From: Phoronis australis
Lineage: Eukaryota > Animalia > Phoronida
Direction: 5' to 3'
Assembly (NCBI GenBank): GCA_002633005.1
Contig: NMRA01000567.1
Location: 208,778 to 272,777, forward strand
DNA length: 64,000 bases
Position numbers and translations under genes: made by a program. The notes under the pieces are model-generated. The model was not told the origin of the DNA. It ran no database searches and saw nothing but the letters and a program-made list of their open reading frames with translations. This document shows positions 12,846 through 26,157 of this stretch, in pieces. Numbering within the stretch: position 1 is the first letter of the stretch; the number at the start of each line of letters is the position of its first letter.

Positions 12846-12953
12846 AACGAAGATACAGGCATTAGCCGGGGATTTGGATTTGTACAATTCGGAAATAAGC
12901 AGGGACTTGAAGCCACTATACAGCAGGAATCACACCACCTAGAAGGGTCAAAG
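12846..12953 (+). CDS. SLIRP: SLIRP exon 3
   Basis: gacag/gtgaga-bounded; NEDTGISRGFGFVQFGNKQGLEATIQQESHHLEGSK with RNP1 RGFGFVQF; human DKETGFHRGLGWVQF...QQENHIIDG. Confidence 0.92.
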
Positions 12954-13042
12954 GTGAGAAAATTTGAATGGACATGACATGAATTTACATTGTGCTTTTG
13001 TAAGACATCTTGGGTTAATGTCAATTCTTGGCCAGATAGTTA

Positions 13043-13187
13043 GTAAAAAGTTAAATAGTAAAAACAAGACGCCTTTGTACGTATTTATTGCATCTGTGTA
13101 TTGACTGTAACCCTGTTGATGATACTGAGTAATGTCAAAATGCCTATGTGAAGTATAGCGTCCTGTTTTTGTTATTTAACTTTTTAC
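13043..13187. mobile_element. MITE-like inverted repeat
   Basis: Arms AAAAAGTTAAATAGTAAAAACAAGACGC / GCGTCCTGTTTTTGTTATTTAACTTTTT. Confidence 0.6.
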
Positions 13188-13563
13188 ATTCTGCGGTTTC
13201 TTCTTCGTACATTTTTCCCAAAATGTAATTTTAAACCTAGCAGTTCATAATAAGGTTCTTGTTTCCCTGACTTACAAATAGGACGGCAGCCGTTTTCAGT
13301 GTGTTTTTAAATTCATGATGCAGTTTAAATTAAAATTCTAAGAAACACATTTCACAAACTAAAAGAAGTGCATCTTTAAAAGGCTTTGAGTTTCCATTAA
13401 AACTGGCGTGAGTTGAATTTTTGCTCAACTCGCAAAGTTGTTAAGTTGTGCAGTTGTTCTACTTCGTACATTTGGCTCCTCATACAAGTCAAATTTTGCA
13501 TTACACAAATAAAGTCTCTCAGTCCTTTTAGATCTTTATTTGTAACTGATACTCCATTTTCAG

Positions 13564-13635
13564 CTCAACATAGGACCTGCAAATGAGATAAATAGAAGAA
13601 GAAAGACTGCCAGTGAGCCCGACAAGAGCACGTAG
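13564..13635 (+). CDS. SLIRP: SLIRP exon 4 (terminal)
   Basis: ttttcag acceptor, LNIGPANEINRRRKTASEPDKST*; AATAAA near 14022. Confidence 0.75.
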   Translation, partial: LNIGPANEINRRRKTASEPDKST

Positions 13636-14844
13636 CCCAAGGATTGCCACATACTTTTTTTTCAAAAAAGCTGTGCTTTTAGCCGGGGAAGGACTGTCAG
13701 ACTTGAAGAAAGTCCATTTTTGGAAATAATGTACCTGTGCAACGATTCAGAGAGGTGTGTGGTAGAAAATTCAGTGGAATATCTTTTATGGAAACAGCCC
13801 AAGTTTGTTTAATATATCCATTCCTTGCCGTCAAATCAATGTGATGTTATTTCTTGAATTAGTAGTGTGTGGCAAATCTTGAATGTGTGAGGTGTACACT
13901 TAGATACGTTTTCTCTTTGCCAAAGCACGGCTGAAACCTGTCACAAATTCTGTCTTATTGCTGCACGTTGATGCAGTTTACTATGGTGCTGATGCCGTGT
14001 CCTTGGTAGATTTTGCAACAAAAATAAATGTATATATATACATATATAGTGCTATCATTTCCCAAGTCATGAAACATTACATATGTTTTTATGTATTTGT
14101 GGTATGAAAAACCCCATCGGTGAGTCTCTCTGATTAAACTGGTGTAAAATTATATAATGCAAAGATTCTCAAAGTTTTTCTTGGATTGAAATATGAATTG
14201 TGCTAGTACTAAAGGTAGAAACACTTTCTGGTTGATAAAGCTACACTCAATAGGGATAAGTTCATGAGTATGCCCCCCATCATTGGCGCATAAATATTTT
14301 CATTGACACACTGTGATTGATTAACTCGGACCGACAGGCGCATTCAAAACTGTGTTGCAATTATGCCTTATTTTGTCTTGGAATATATATTTCGCATTGC
14401 CTTGAGATTCTAACTCAGTTATAATGCAGAGCACCTGATCAAAAGAATGTCACAGACTACAATAATGGTGGTAGCAATATGGGGTCTGTGAAAATACAAA
14501 TACCAACTTTGGCTTCATGTGTTTGGTTTAAGCTTCATTTTGCCCTGTTTAGCCCGCTAAAAGCAGAATTTTCTTTAGAAAATTGGCCTCATGACATTCC
14601 TTACCGTTAAAGGAGTCTATTTTCGATACCAATAACTGGAGAAAACAGGACAGAGTTTATTTTGGTTGGCCAAGGCTAATTTGAATTCAAAAATGGTGTA
14701 TTGTACACATTCGGTGACTTGAGATGGAATCTCATTTACAGTAACGAATGTTAGACAAATTTTAAGAGAGTAAGAGCTCCCCAATTCCAAATTGGTTTTC
14801 CAGTCAGCTGAACAGGCGAAATGTAGCTTTTAATTGAAATGCCA

Positions 14845-14979
14845 AAGGGGCCATGCCCCCCCTAAAATTCTCCCAGATTCCGTTTTTGGCAGTTCGGGGG
14901 TGCGAAAGTATGACGGGCAAAATCTTGGCTAATACTCTGCCCTGGCCCCCCCTAACTCAAAATCCTGGATCCGCCCCTG
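14845..14979 (-). mobile_element. GC-rich short DNA-transposon family (CAGGGGCGGATCCAGG termini)
   Basis: Related copies at ~35537-35690, 43134-43299 and 53067-53240; a related subfamily at ~15607 and ~51714. Confidence 0.7.
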
Positions 14980-16348
14980 AGTAATCCAAGTTGATACAAC
15001 ATACCATCGTCCTGGTCTGTTTTGAAATGTTGTACACTTTAACCAACCTGTACACAGAACGACAATCGGGCAACCACCGCGCCGGTGGTGGCACTTGTAG
15101 TTGTTTGCTTTGTTATGTGCGCGATGTTGTGCAGTGTGTTGCCCAGTAGTCTTGTTAGCAGATGTTTGAGGACTGCAGGTGACACTGGAAATTTTGTCAA
15201 TTTCTTGATGGACGGAAGCACAGCATTAAAGGGGTTTATGATGTACTTATAGATGAATGGGCGTCTATGCATGTACGCAACTACTATGCCAAGTCTGGAC
15301 AAAAGTGGTTAGCTAGCATCCTTTACGTATGTATTCAAAATCCAAAGTTCAAGTTGAAAATTTGATTCACATGGGTGTTGTCAAACAAAACTGTGACGTC
15401 ATAATTTCAGTTTGCCACTGACTCAAAACTGGGGAATAAAAATGACCTCAGTAGACACTGCTAAACTTGTGCTGTCAGTCTGGGAGTCAGATGCGAAATT
15501 GTTTTGGTTTTCGATTTGGTTCACCCGGCCTTCAGGGTGGCAACGATGGGCGGTTACCAACTGGAGATAACTCTCGCATCAGAACATGCCGGATACCACA
15601 AAAAACATAGGCGGATTTAGGGGGAGGGGGCGCCCCCCCCCCCCTTGACTGCCGCAAAAAAATAAAACGGCAAGAACGTAGGGAAATGTTGAGTTTATTA
15701 ATTAACCCCGGTAATTAAAATTATACCGATGAATCAAGATTTAAATGCGTGAAGTTTTGGTGTTTGGGCGGGTGGGGGGAGGGGTCTCACATCCAATTTC
15801 AAGTGTCAANGCACAAAATATAAAACATGTAATAAGCATAACAAAAAGAAGTAGGTTTCTCGCGCAAACGCTGTGGTCCATAAACAAGTAAGTCTCTTAG
15901 TATCAGATTAGGACTAGTTAAATCGTGGTGGTGTAGTGGTAAAGCACGCGCGCTCTATCCGCCAGGTCGTGAGTTTGCCAGTCTCTTATATCTGTAGCTT
16001 TTCCTGTTTGACACGTTCTCTGTTTTTTTTTTAATTTTTTTATTTTTGCCTTTTTTCTTGGATAATTCTTCATGAATCAAAGAAAATGCTTGATTTTTAG
16101 AGGAAAAAACAGAAAAATTTCGTGGGCGGGAGGGGGCAAACCCCCCTACCGACCTCCCCCATTCGGTGCTATGCGCATCTACAATCGTGGTTTGCGCAAA
16201 TGCTTACAGCCGGACAAAATTTTGGGCCCCCCTTGTGATATCCTAGGTACGCCACTGAAAAAAATCCACTAGATGCACGTTTTCATAAAAAAGGGAAAAC
16301 AACAAATCGCAAAATTTTAGTAAGAAATCTCCACTAACTATGGATTGG

Positions 16349-16527
16349 AATTGACCTATCGCAAGCTCCGCCCCCTTGCATAATGTCGACTAAAAAACAA
16401 TAAGTTTTACCCGGCAACGTGTTGTTTGTCGGGTAAAATGGCGGCTTGGAAACTAAGGTACGTCAATAATGATGCGCTTTAAATGGTCAGTTAAGCTGTC
16501 ACTCAAAATCCTGGCGATAGGTCAATT
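16349..16527. mobile_element. MITE
   Basis: Perfect 14-bp TIR AATTGACCTATCGC / GCGATAGGTCAATT plus an internal hairpin. Confidence 0.6.
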
Positions 16528-19500
16528 GAGATAGAGGCATCATTTTCGAAACATTCCATAGCACATTGTTTATCCTGTTACAATTCAAAATATGTTTTGA
16601 AAATTTTCGCGAATTTGTTGAAATGTCATATGCTACTAGCCTCTGTAATGAATATATTCTGCGCATGGGGGAAAGGTTTTAAAAGTCAATAAATAAGCGT
16701 ACAGTATATGCATGTCAAAAGTTGTAAAGAGTGAATATTATTCACTTGCGTATAGTTCATGACTGTCAATTTCTCTCTTTTGTTGCTTCCGCAATGGCTT
16801 TCATGGCAATGAAACACTGGCTTAAAAATTTACTGTGGATTGAAACTGGTGATTTTTCGAACTGTTTGGCTTCTGAAATTGATGTAGCCCCGGCAAAACC
16901 AGATGTGTCAGTAAGGTTTCGGTTCTCTGGTACCTATTGGAATGCGTGTCGTGATGCTTGGCTGTACACTAGGAACGCCGGGTGGAGTAGATTGATATCT
17001 GAATTTAGCCTCGACTTAGAAACCCGGCGCCGCTGGGGTTGAAAAAAACGTAAGGTTTTTGTATTTTTTCGCTGATAGGTACAAGGTGTTGACGTTTTGT
17101 TTAGATTGATAAATATTTAATGAGAAATTCTTTACATGGTAAGATTATTTCTGAACACATTGCTTTGAATTTTGTATTACCAATTTCAACATAGAGATTA
17201 ACGACAGTGTTTGATTAACGTCTGTTAACGTTCAGACAAGAATTCTTCACGTGAACAGCCACCAGACATCCAGCATATTCAAACTTAGAAGCATGGATTG
17301 AATCAAGATGTAAGTGTGAATTTGAACCGTAAAAGACAGCAAATCACTTCATTGCTAGGTTGTAAATTTTCACTTGTCATCGTATACCGGCTTGGAAACA
17401 ACGGAGTACCGGCCGAATTCATAAAGAGATTCGTCAACCTTGTATACCATTGTGATGCACTCTTTGAAATTGACATTTGGTGCTCTCTCAGCCATGTTTT
17501 CGCTGTATTTGTTATTGGTAACCATGGAAAATTAGTTGTCATCGGTGTGTGTTGTGATGTTATACCGTGTAGGTGCCACCTCTTAAAAATATCATGGGGC
17601 CTGGGCACAGCAGTTCAGTGGGTCCTTTGTCAACTATAGGGTTCATAGCAATAAAAAACGTTAACTGTGTAACAAGTACACGTGTATATTTATCCGATCG
17701 ATAGGCCTACCGGTACGCCAACACCAACGTCAATAATTAACGAACGCGGTTAAATGTTTGAAGTGCTTTCAAAAATAAGAGTTAAGCAAGGAAATGACGA
17801 TACGACGGTAGTACCACAAATCACGCATGCAAAGTGGCACAGCGTGATATTACTTGTTAACTAATTAAATATTGCTTTTATACATACGTTACCCTTAGAA
17901 GAATTTTGTATTCATAGTGCCATGTCATTTGTGTACTGGACACGAAATCAAGTTTTAATCCTAAATGACGATAAACTTCTGAAGTTATTAATATCAGGAA
18001 GAGATATCTCTTCCTGTAAATATGTAGCATGATAATTCAAAAATGTGTAGCTTTTTCCATGTATGACAGGTGTAGCAATTGCGCTTGATGACAGAATGAT
18101 ATTCTGCATAGAAATGCGATAATGTGAACTTCGGAAATATCATTGATTCACTAAAAACAACACAAATTACTCTAGTCGCTTTTAGTCTCACGCCGAACGA
18201 AGAGCATATTTTTATTTATCCCATACGTGTTGAATCTGTCGAGGGACGGCCATGTAATAAAGATTTCCGTATTCACCTCCCGCACTATAGTCTGACATGA
18301 AATGTTCAAAAGGTAAGCTAGGTCAATGTCGACTCGAAGTCGTTAGCCGGTTCGATCACCAAACTTTCGAAACAATTACAAATACAATTATAGCAGTGTA
18401 AATAACGCTCAACATACAATGAGGTCTCTATCGTAACATCTGGAACAGGACTGTTAATTATATGACAGTTCTGTCTCAGTTTTCATTTGCTAAATATTTT
18501 ATCGTCTGCAACTCGAGGCAACTCTGGCGCCGATTCATCGGTAAGTACAATATCGAATATTGTTGTCATTTAACTATTTTCAGGAGACGTTACTAGTTCA
18601 ATGAAAAGTTACCCTTGTTTTCATCGTTGTTATCCTTTTTCAAGAAATAAATCGTCACATTTAAAACTGTTTCTTTTCAGAGAAAACTTGCAGCCTAATG
18701 CGCAAGTACATACATATATGATGTGATCCCCCACGTGAACAATCTGAGTGAAGTATTTAACAAATCTGCGGAAAAAATGAATGAAACTTAGGAATTCGAA
18801 GCGCATGGGATAAATACAAAACGAACCTCGATTGGCGTACATCAAGTAATATCCCATTCCACATTATTCCGTGTATGGAAGGTCTCGGTCGATACGCGGC
18901 GTAATAATGTCTCGTGGGATATTCATGCACGCCACTCTCGGTACATTTTGTGTATTTGCTTGACATCGCGTCAGTAAACTTGTTACAAATGAATTGGCAA
19001 TTGTAAATTTGTATATTTCTGCGCATTTTAAGCGAGTACGTAATTAAATTATTTCTTGGCCTTTGTTGACCTCACTTAAATCTGATCGTAGCACAAGTCC
19101 AGTGTTTGAAACTTTAGAATGCCCACTTCGTTCAATCTCGTGACCAAAAACATTACATGTCATGAAAGTTGTCATTTAAAATAAAATGAACTCGATTTTC
19201 ATCCACTGTTTCAACTTAACACGAAACTACATTCAAAACTTTAACCAAGATGTTGGAAGCATTGAATTATTTAATCGGGAGCGTTTCACACAGGAATAAG
19301 TGACGAGCTGGCATTCATTAGGTAGTCTAGGGGACCGAATAGAAGAATGTGCCCCTAACTCCTTAAAAAGTGCACCATATGGCGTTTTTTGCACGAACGG
19401 AGTTTAATTGGGCGTTCCCTCAAATCGCCCCAAAAGTGTTTTTGAGAATGTGTACCTATTACTAAGAAAAGATTGGTGGAAGTGGACTTTTGTCGCATTT

Positions 19501-22500
19501 TCTACTTTTTTCAGAATTTTTGTTTGTCTGGGGCAAACATTTTTGCCAACTACGCCAAACAGGAGGGCTCGTTCGAGCCCCAGCCGCCCCTGGATGCGGG
19601 CATGGGAAACAAGCTGTGTGGGTACAGCAGAATGTGCCAAAGAATAAGGTTTACTGTTCAAAGAAAGAAGTTGACTCAATAATCCCTGTTAGTAGGGTAC
19701 ATGTTCTTCAGCAAGATAATCTGAGGTAGGCGTAGCCTGTCAATGCAGAGTCGGTGCCTGGGAACTTGATATTAACACATCAAATCAGACTGTTTACACT
19801 AAAACAACAGTTTCTTCTTTTAGTTATAAGTGAAGTGTTCCTCTTTATATGGTGATGAGTGACAATCGCAGGTTACGTAGCTCTTCTAGGGATCCCGCCT
19901 GCTCTAGGTCAGATCTCACTATTCATCATACTCTGCACCCAACTCGCACAAGTAGGCCTAAAATTGAGCCATTTGAAAAATAGTCTACACACCAACAAAC
20001 AATATCATTACATTGTGCAAGCTTGCAAACATTATCCACTAAACCTGGCCATGTAAGTTCTATCTCACTCCAGTTTTCACACAATAAACAATGCCAGCTG
20101 ACCAGGACACGGCTGCCTGGATCTGACCCTGTAACTTGAACTGTAGACTACACACAGACTAGTCTTCTTTAACAAAACAGCTGATACAATTTCACTTCAA
20201 TTTTGTTACATTCCTGGCAGAAGATATACAGCCACTACCAGTGAGTGTCGTACGACCATGCTGTGGGCCTCAGTATTGCAACTATATCCATAGGTAGGCC
20301 TTCTACTACTATTATTCTACTTCAGTACTTACTCCTGTTTTCCGAGCACATACTTGCCAGTAGCAGTATGGAATCATACAATGAATATACATATACCCCT
20401 CGTTAGCTTTAGAAAAGCGAAACAAAATATTTTGTTAACACCAGAAGACACACTGACATTACGTACAGTCATCCATGTTGTTATGTTGCATGAGCTCCTC
20501 TCAGAAGGTAGCGCTACATAAACAGCTGTGACTAATTTAGGTCACAGTCAAACATCTTTGGTAACTATCAAATCTTATGGTTGTGACCTAGAAAACGAAT
20601 TAGGTCAGGAAACCACCATCATGGATTTACGGCACGTTGTGGGTATTCTTAGACAAGTAGGTTTGCAAAATGACTTGGTGGAATCTCTTTTGGAGGATAT
20701 TTAGACAATCTAAACATCAGTTATCACCGCCAAGGCCTTAAACTGGCGCATAATAACCACATGGACGCAGTGACTGGGTGATTACGAATGCCACCAGTGT
20801 CAGTGCCGTGGTCCGAGTCGGCCAGTACCTGGCACCAGCCTACATCACGATTGGTGTAATGTTATCATGTAATTGAAGTCATCGTAATATAACTAAGCAC
20901 TCTGTTACGGGCGTAAGATTCTATTCTGATCCGAGTTTCACGTCCCGTAACGGTAATTTAATAATTCACAGTCGGTGAGTAATAGGCTAACAACTATAAT
21001 TCTGGCTTTTTAGATAGGCCTACAGTTTGTGGGCTTTGTTTTTTGCTTAGGACAGCTTAGGTACAAATCAAATGCCACCATGTTCTTTTATATGTTACAT
21101 ATGCTCATGAGATAAATATTGTCAGATAAACGGATTCATAATTGACAGCATATATTCCCGGCAAAAAATAAGGCAGCTGTTATCTAAATCTCATACTGCC
21201 TAGTATATGATCGAGATCTGCCATAAAATGTAAAATGTCTAAAACATGATGCCACAAGGTGATTTTTAGTTGTACCATGAAACGGAAGGAGGAAATATAT
21301 AGCTGTGAAAAAGCACTAAAGTAATACTGAAGTTATATGCAATTCATATATGTGAGTGTGCGTGTGTGTGTGCGTGCGACTGTGCATGTGTATTCATGTG
21401 TTCATGTGTATACCGTATATAAGTATGTGTGTACAACTTGCGTGCATGCAAGAGTATCTACGTAAATATTGCCACATGTGTCAAAAAGCAATCTGATGCT
21501 GTGGGGGGATTTGGGACAAAGCTTCGAAAAGCAGTTAAGTCCCACTGAAAATGGGCCCGTTTCTAAATTGACTACTTATGCGGTACGCTTTCAAAGTTTG
21601 GACACCAGTCGAATTTTGTGTACGACTAATAGTAAGTGTGGCTAGTACTACTGCGAGATGGTTGCAAGTCAAAGATGTATTTTTGTATGGTTTGTTGCTT
21701 TTGTTTGAAGACACGCTTAACTGGAACAGATATGAAAATATATTAAACATGTGACAGTTAACCTAGATAGTAAGTTAAAAAATATTCAGAACAAGACAAC
21801 TTTGGCACTGTTCCCCCTAGTGGCTACTGTTTTGAATTACCCTTACGGGGTACATCACAAATTCCAAAACTTCGTCCGTTGCCATTGGTTACACTTTCAC
21901 TCCCTGAAGTTGTTACCAATAGTGTGCCCTTGGTTGCCACCAATTAAAATTATATTCCGAAGGTACTGCAAATTATTGATGCACCCCATATCCCCTTCTT
22001 CCTATAGCCCTGCAGTATAAAAGTTGTTTGCATTACAGAACTCGAGATGTAGCATAAAGTCAACTCCTCAAATAAGACCTGGCAAAATTCCCAGGTCACC
22101 AAAACAAAGAAACTGCGTAGGGGTTGTGAGAGTCCTGGCAAGTGACGCATAGTTGGCAAGAGTTGAAAATTAAACAAGATACCTGAAGTGAAAAACCAGC
22201 AAACTCTTCAAATATCTGTCGATGTACCCGAGACCGCTCATTTTTTGTGGAATTTTCCAAAAGCTAGTAATAAGCATTTCTTTACAGACACGGGGCAGCA
22301 ACAGAAAAACAATATGATCATTAAATTAACATTTTGTTTTGTTTACATTTTATAATGGGGTCCAAGTTTCTGATTTTAATGAGTTGAATTCTATTTAGAA
22401 TAACTAGATGACGTGAACTATAACTATTCCGCAAATACTTTTGAAATTGCAAAAGACCCGGCAATGCATCAAGTTTAAATCTGTAACAACTTCTTAACTT

Positions 22501-23371
22501 GATTTTATATCATTCTTTGTAATATTTAATCGTTTTAAGGTTTTCAGATCTTCTGCAAGTTTAAAAAGTAAAAATACGACCTAAGGTTATTTTTGTTGGC
22601 TGAAAAATTCTAATTTCATGGGTATGATGGATGTACGTGACTGTCGTACAAATTTGTCATACGTCTGTCACGCAATTTCTGACTAAACGAATAATCCTTG
22701 GGATCTAAAATTTTGGTCAATGATATTGAGTAACAAATTAAAAGAGAATCTGAAATTATTCTAATTTTGTATGAAAACTTTTAACGTAACTAAACTTTTT
22801 AGCACTTTTTTGTGACGGACGTATGGCACCATGATACTCAGGAGTTGGCCTTTGAATTCAAGAGGTAAATGGTGTGCCAAAACATTTATTTTCTTATAAA
22901 GTTTGGGCTTCGTGTGATTGCACAAATTTGATAATATAGTGAAATACCCATAATTGGCTTATCTTTTGACAATAACTAGCAACACACATGAACATGGAGC
23001 TAATTTTTTAGGGTCGAGTGAACCCCAAAAATGGGTCCATTTAAGCCAAAATTTGAAAGTTATAGGACAGTCAGATATTGAACCTTAAACTAGAGAGATG
23101 TAGCTTTCAAGTTCAGATGAGACCAGAAATGTTAGTATAGTCACAATTTTAATTTTTTGTCTCGAGGTTGACCTTTTCATGGAATTGTCCTGATATTATA
23201 CTCTAATTTGAAGAAAATTTTGTAGTGCAGGACTCTTTGCTGGTACTATGACTGAATGTCACCATCAGTCTGAAAACATTTATTTATTGAAATATGAGAG
23301 TGACAATGGCACTTTGAATATTATAGTAAATGTTGATATCTGAAAAACATCTTATTTGTACTTTTACAGTA

Positions 23372-24472
23372 ATGATGGGATCTACAATTGGGACATGCCA
23401 TTCATATAGGGCAGGATTTAGAGTGAATAGAAGAACCATTCTCCTATGGGCTCTTGGCTTGCTGGTGGTTTCTGCTTTCTTTTACACATTGTTGCCCAGT
23501 GGACACCCCAGGCTTGACCACTATGGAGCTGTTAATGAAATTGATCCTCGACATCTACACAACCTGACGTATGAATTCAAGCGACAAGGTCCTTACCTAT
23601 ATATTGACTCAATAGGACAAACTGGTAATAACATGTTTGAATATGCATCGTTGTATGGGATAGCTCGCATGCTGAACATGACTCCTGTGATTGACAGCTG
23701 GGCACCTGTGAGAACAATATTTAACTCTCTGTCAGCCTTGACAAAGAATGACATTGCAGTACCATTAAAGACATTCAGATTATTCAGAGAAAAGCTGCCA
23801 TGTGCTTTTGATGAAAAAGTCAAAGAAATAGATGATAATACATATCTACAATACTACTTTCAATCATGGAAGTACTTTAATCATGTGTCAAGTGAAATTC
23901 GACAGGAGTTTATCTTTAAAGACAGTGTTTATGAAAAGAGTGTTGAAGTGTTAGAAAGTCTCATGAAAAAGTTTAACCAAACACTCCACCAAACCACTGT
24001 GGTTACAACTTTAAGAAGAATTCGAAGAAGTACCTTAGTTGCGCGAAGGGAGTTGCCCCATGTAACACTTGTAGGTGTTCATGTACGGCGAGGTGATGTA
24101 GTGAGAGAAAACAAGCTTAAGTTTGGTTACACTGTACCTGATGTCTCATATTTTATTAAGGCAACCAATTACTTCCGGAAAAAATATAAAAACGTTATCT
24201 TTATAGTGACCACAAATGATGCACAGTGGGTAAGGGAAAATGTTTTGTTTTCTGACGCTGTGCTGTCAGAAGGCTTGTCAGCAGCATCTGACTTGGCTAT
24301 ACTCACTCTTTGTGATCACATCATTATGTCTGAAGGCAGTTTTAGCTGGTGGGCAGCTTATCTTGTTCCTGGGGAAGTGATTTATTTTAAAGACTGGCCC
24401 AAGAATGGTTCAGTGCTTGATCAGAGAACAGTGAAAGAAGATTATTTTTTACCCAAGTGGATACCCATGTAA
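23372..24472 (+). CDS. Galactoside alpha-1,2-fucosyltransferase (GT11, FUT1/FUT2/Sec1-like), single coding exon
   Basis: Type II membrane anchor ILLWALGLLVVSAFFYTLL; GT11 motifs GQTGNNMFEYASLYGIA, GVHVRRGD and DLAILTLCDHIIMSEGSFSWWAAYL. An acceptor (ttttacag, 23369) just upstream makes ATG 23372 the likely start. Confidence 0.92.
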   Translation: MMGSTIGTCHSYRAGFRVNRRTILLWALGLLVVSAFFYTLLPSGHPRLDHYGAVNEIDPRHLHNLTYEFKRQGPYLYIDSIGQTGNNMFEYASLYGIARMLNMTPVIDSWAPVRTIFNSLSALTKNDIAVPLKTFRLFREKLPCAFDEKVKEIDDNTYLQYYFQSWKYFNHVSSEIRQEFIFKDSVYEKSVEVLESLMKKFNQTLHQTTVVTTLRRIRRSTLVARRELPHVTLVGVHVRRGDVVRENKLKFGYTVPDVSYFIKATNYFRKKYKNVIFIVTTNDAQWVRENVLFSDAVLSEGLSAASDLAILTLCDHIIMSEGSFSWWAAYLVPGEVIYFKDWPKNGSVLDQRTVKEDYFLPKWIPM

Positions 24473-24501
24473 ATATTCATATTGGCACCTCATGTTGCTG
24501 C

Positions 24502-25350
24502 TTTTTATGTGCCCACGTATACATCTGTTGGTGCATATTGCCATCATCTCTGTCTGGGCATCCTCTGCTGTATTCCCCAAACCCTTTGCAAATGTGTTCA
24601 TAGAGATCTAATTAAGGATGACGGCAACTTTTCGACATATCCTACTTTTGCTATACATTTTTGTTTTTGCGTTTTTCTGTGTGTATACCGAGTTCCTTGA
24701 CAGAATTACATGAAATTTGGCAAAGAGGCTCTTCCAATGACATATTCTGCCATTTGTATTATTTATTATTTTTGTGTCTGCCAAAGCACTAAAAATCATG
24801 AAACTTGGCAGAAACTGTGCTAAGGAGAGCATGACTGACGATTTTCAGACAAGCATCACTACAGCAGTGCCCTCTAGTGCAAGTTTTTTGCCTCTGCCTC
24901 AATTTCTACCAAGTTTCGTGATAGACCTTCATTAAAATTGTTCTGTGTTTAACTGTTGAGGAGCATGGCTGACGTTGCATATAATTTTTTATGAAGGTAT
25001 AGATAGCGCCTGCAGTTTCAGATATTGTGATATGATTTATTGTTTTGTGGTCTGTTTTTTTTGCATTTGCTTCCCTATCTGCAAACTGTTTGAAGAATCG
25101 TTATGGAAGTTGGCATATGTGTACCTATTCAAGAGAGTATATAGTCCGCATTAATTTACTGACTGTTCCCTCTGTAGTGCCCTAATAGCAATTTTAGTTT
25201 TCTTTGAATCTGCCTCTATATCCTACATGTTCTTCGATGTATCTTTGTGAAATTTCATCTCTGTGTTAATTTCCAATGAGGAGAACTTGCACTAGTGTTG
25301 TTGGTTTTCAGATGATTTCAACTACCATGGAAATGTCTGAAAAATGAGCA
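24502..25350 (+). mobile_element. Old HINE-like element in the fucosyltransferase 3' region (same family as 44900-46675)
   Basis: 5' end TTTTATGTGCCCACGTATAC...TGCCATCATCTCTGTC matches the reverse complement of ~46624-46675; 3' boundary approximate. Confidence 0.55.
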
Positions 25351-25662
25351 CCTTTTATTTCTTTATCATTTGTGGTGTACACGGTAGATGCATATCAACG
25401 CACTGAATTAACTCCTGTTCAATGACATGGTGCTGCATCAGCTGCGAACACAGTATTTACTACAAGGGTTTCTGTAAGTGTTTCACTGAACCTGCATTAG
25501 GCACTAACTGCTTTGGTTAATTAATTACATGTATTTAATAGTGTGGCTTTGTTATTGGTGCATATTGTTTGATGTTGCCATATTATATATATATATTTTG
25601 CAACAGAAATCAATCGTCCTAAAAAGTAAGTTTTCTAACTTTAGCATCGTGTTAATTATTCG

Positions 25663-25686
25663 CACACACACACACACACACACACA
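25663..25686. repeat. (CA)n microsatellite
   Basis: ~12 CA units read directly. Confidence 0.9.
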
Positions 25687-25806
25687 AAGTGGCATTTGTA
25701 TCCACTAATAACAGTGTATTGTAGTTAAGTCAAGATATTTGCTAATCATGTTCGTTATTGGTGTTTACACTCGTCTATTGTTATGCATATTTAACTTGCA
25801 ACAGAC

Positions 25807-26060
25807 CAGGGGCCTGTTCCAAGAAACTGACTTAAGTTCATTTTTGACTTAAGTTTAAGATTTGTCTTAAATTCCAAACTTTGAAACTTCCACACTCTGT
25901 TAGTTAGTGAAATTTAAGACAAAACTTAAATCACACAATTAATCCAAACTTAAGATCTCTTTCCTGAATTAGTTATGAGACAAATTTAACTTTGATTTTA
26001 AAATTTACTAAAATTTAGGATTTGTCTTAGCTAAGTCAGTTTTGTTGGAACAGGCCCCTG
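25807..26060. mobile_element. MITE
   Basis: TIR CAGGGGCCTGTTCCAAGAAACTGACTTA / TAAGTCAGTTTTGTTGGAACAGGCCCCTG. Confidence 0.8.
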
Positions 26061-26157
26061 CCCTCTATCAAAAATGCATAGCTTTGGATTCAGACCATTT
26101 GTCATCATAAACCTTGTCTCGTCTCATTCCTTATTCAAATTTTAGGTGATTTATTTT

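Noticed and set aside
15923-15980. tRNA-like 5' half (GGTGTAGTGGTAAAGCACG)
   Set aside because: B-box degenerate and no acceptor stem; a SINE or TE fragment, not a tRNA gene
23330-23371. ORF-track start (MLISEKH...) of the fucosyltransferase
   Set aside because: It overlaps a polypyrimidine tract and AG acceptor, so it is likely intronic; ATG 23372 is preferred
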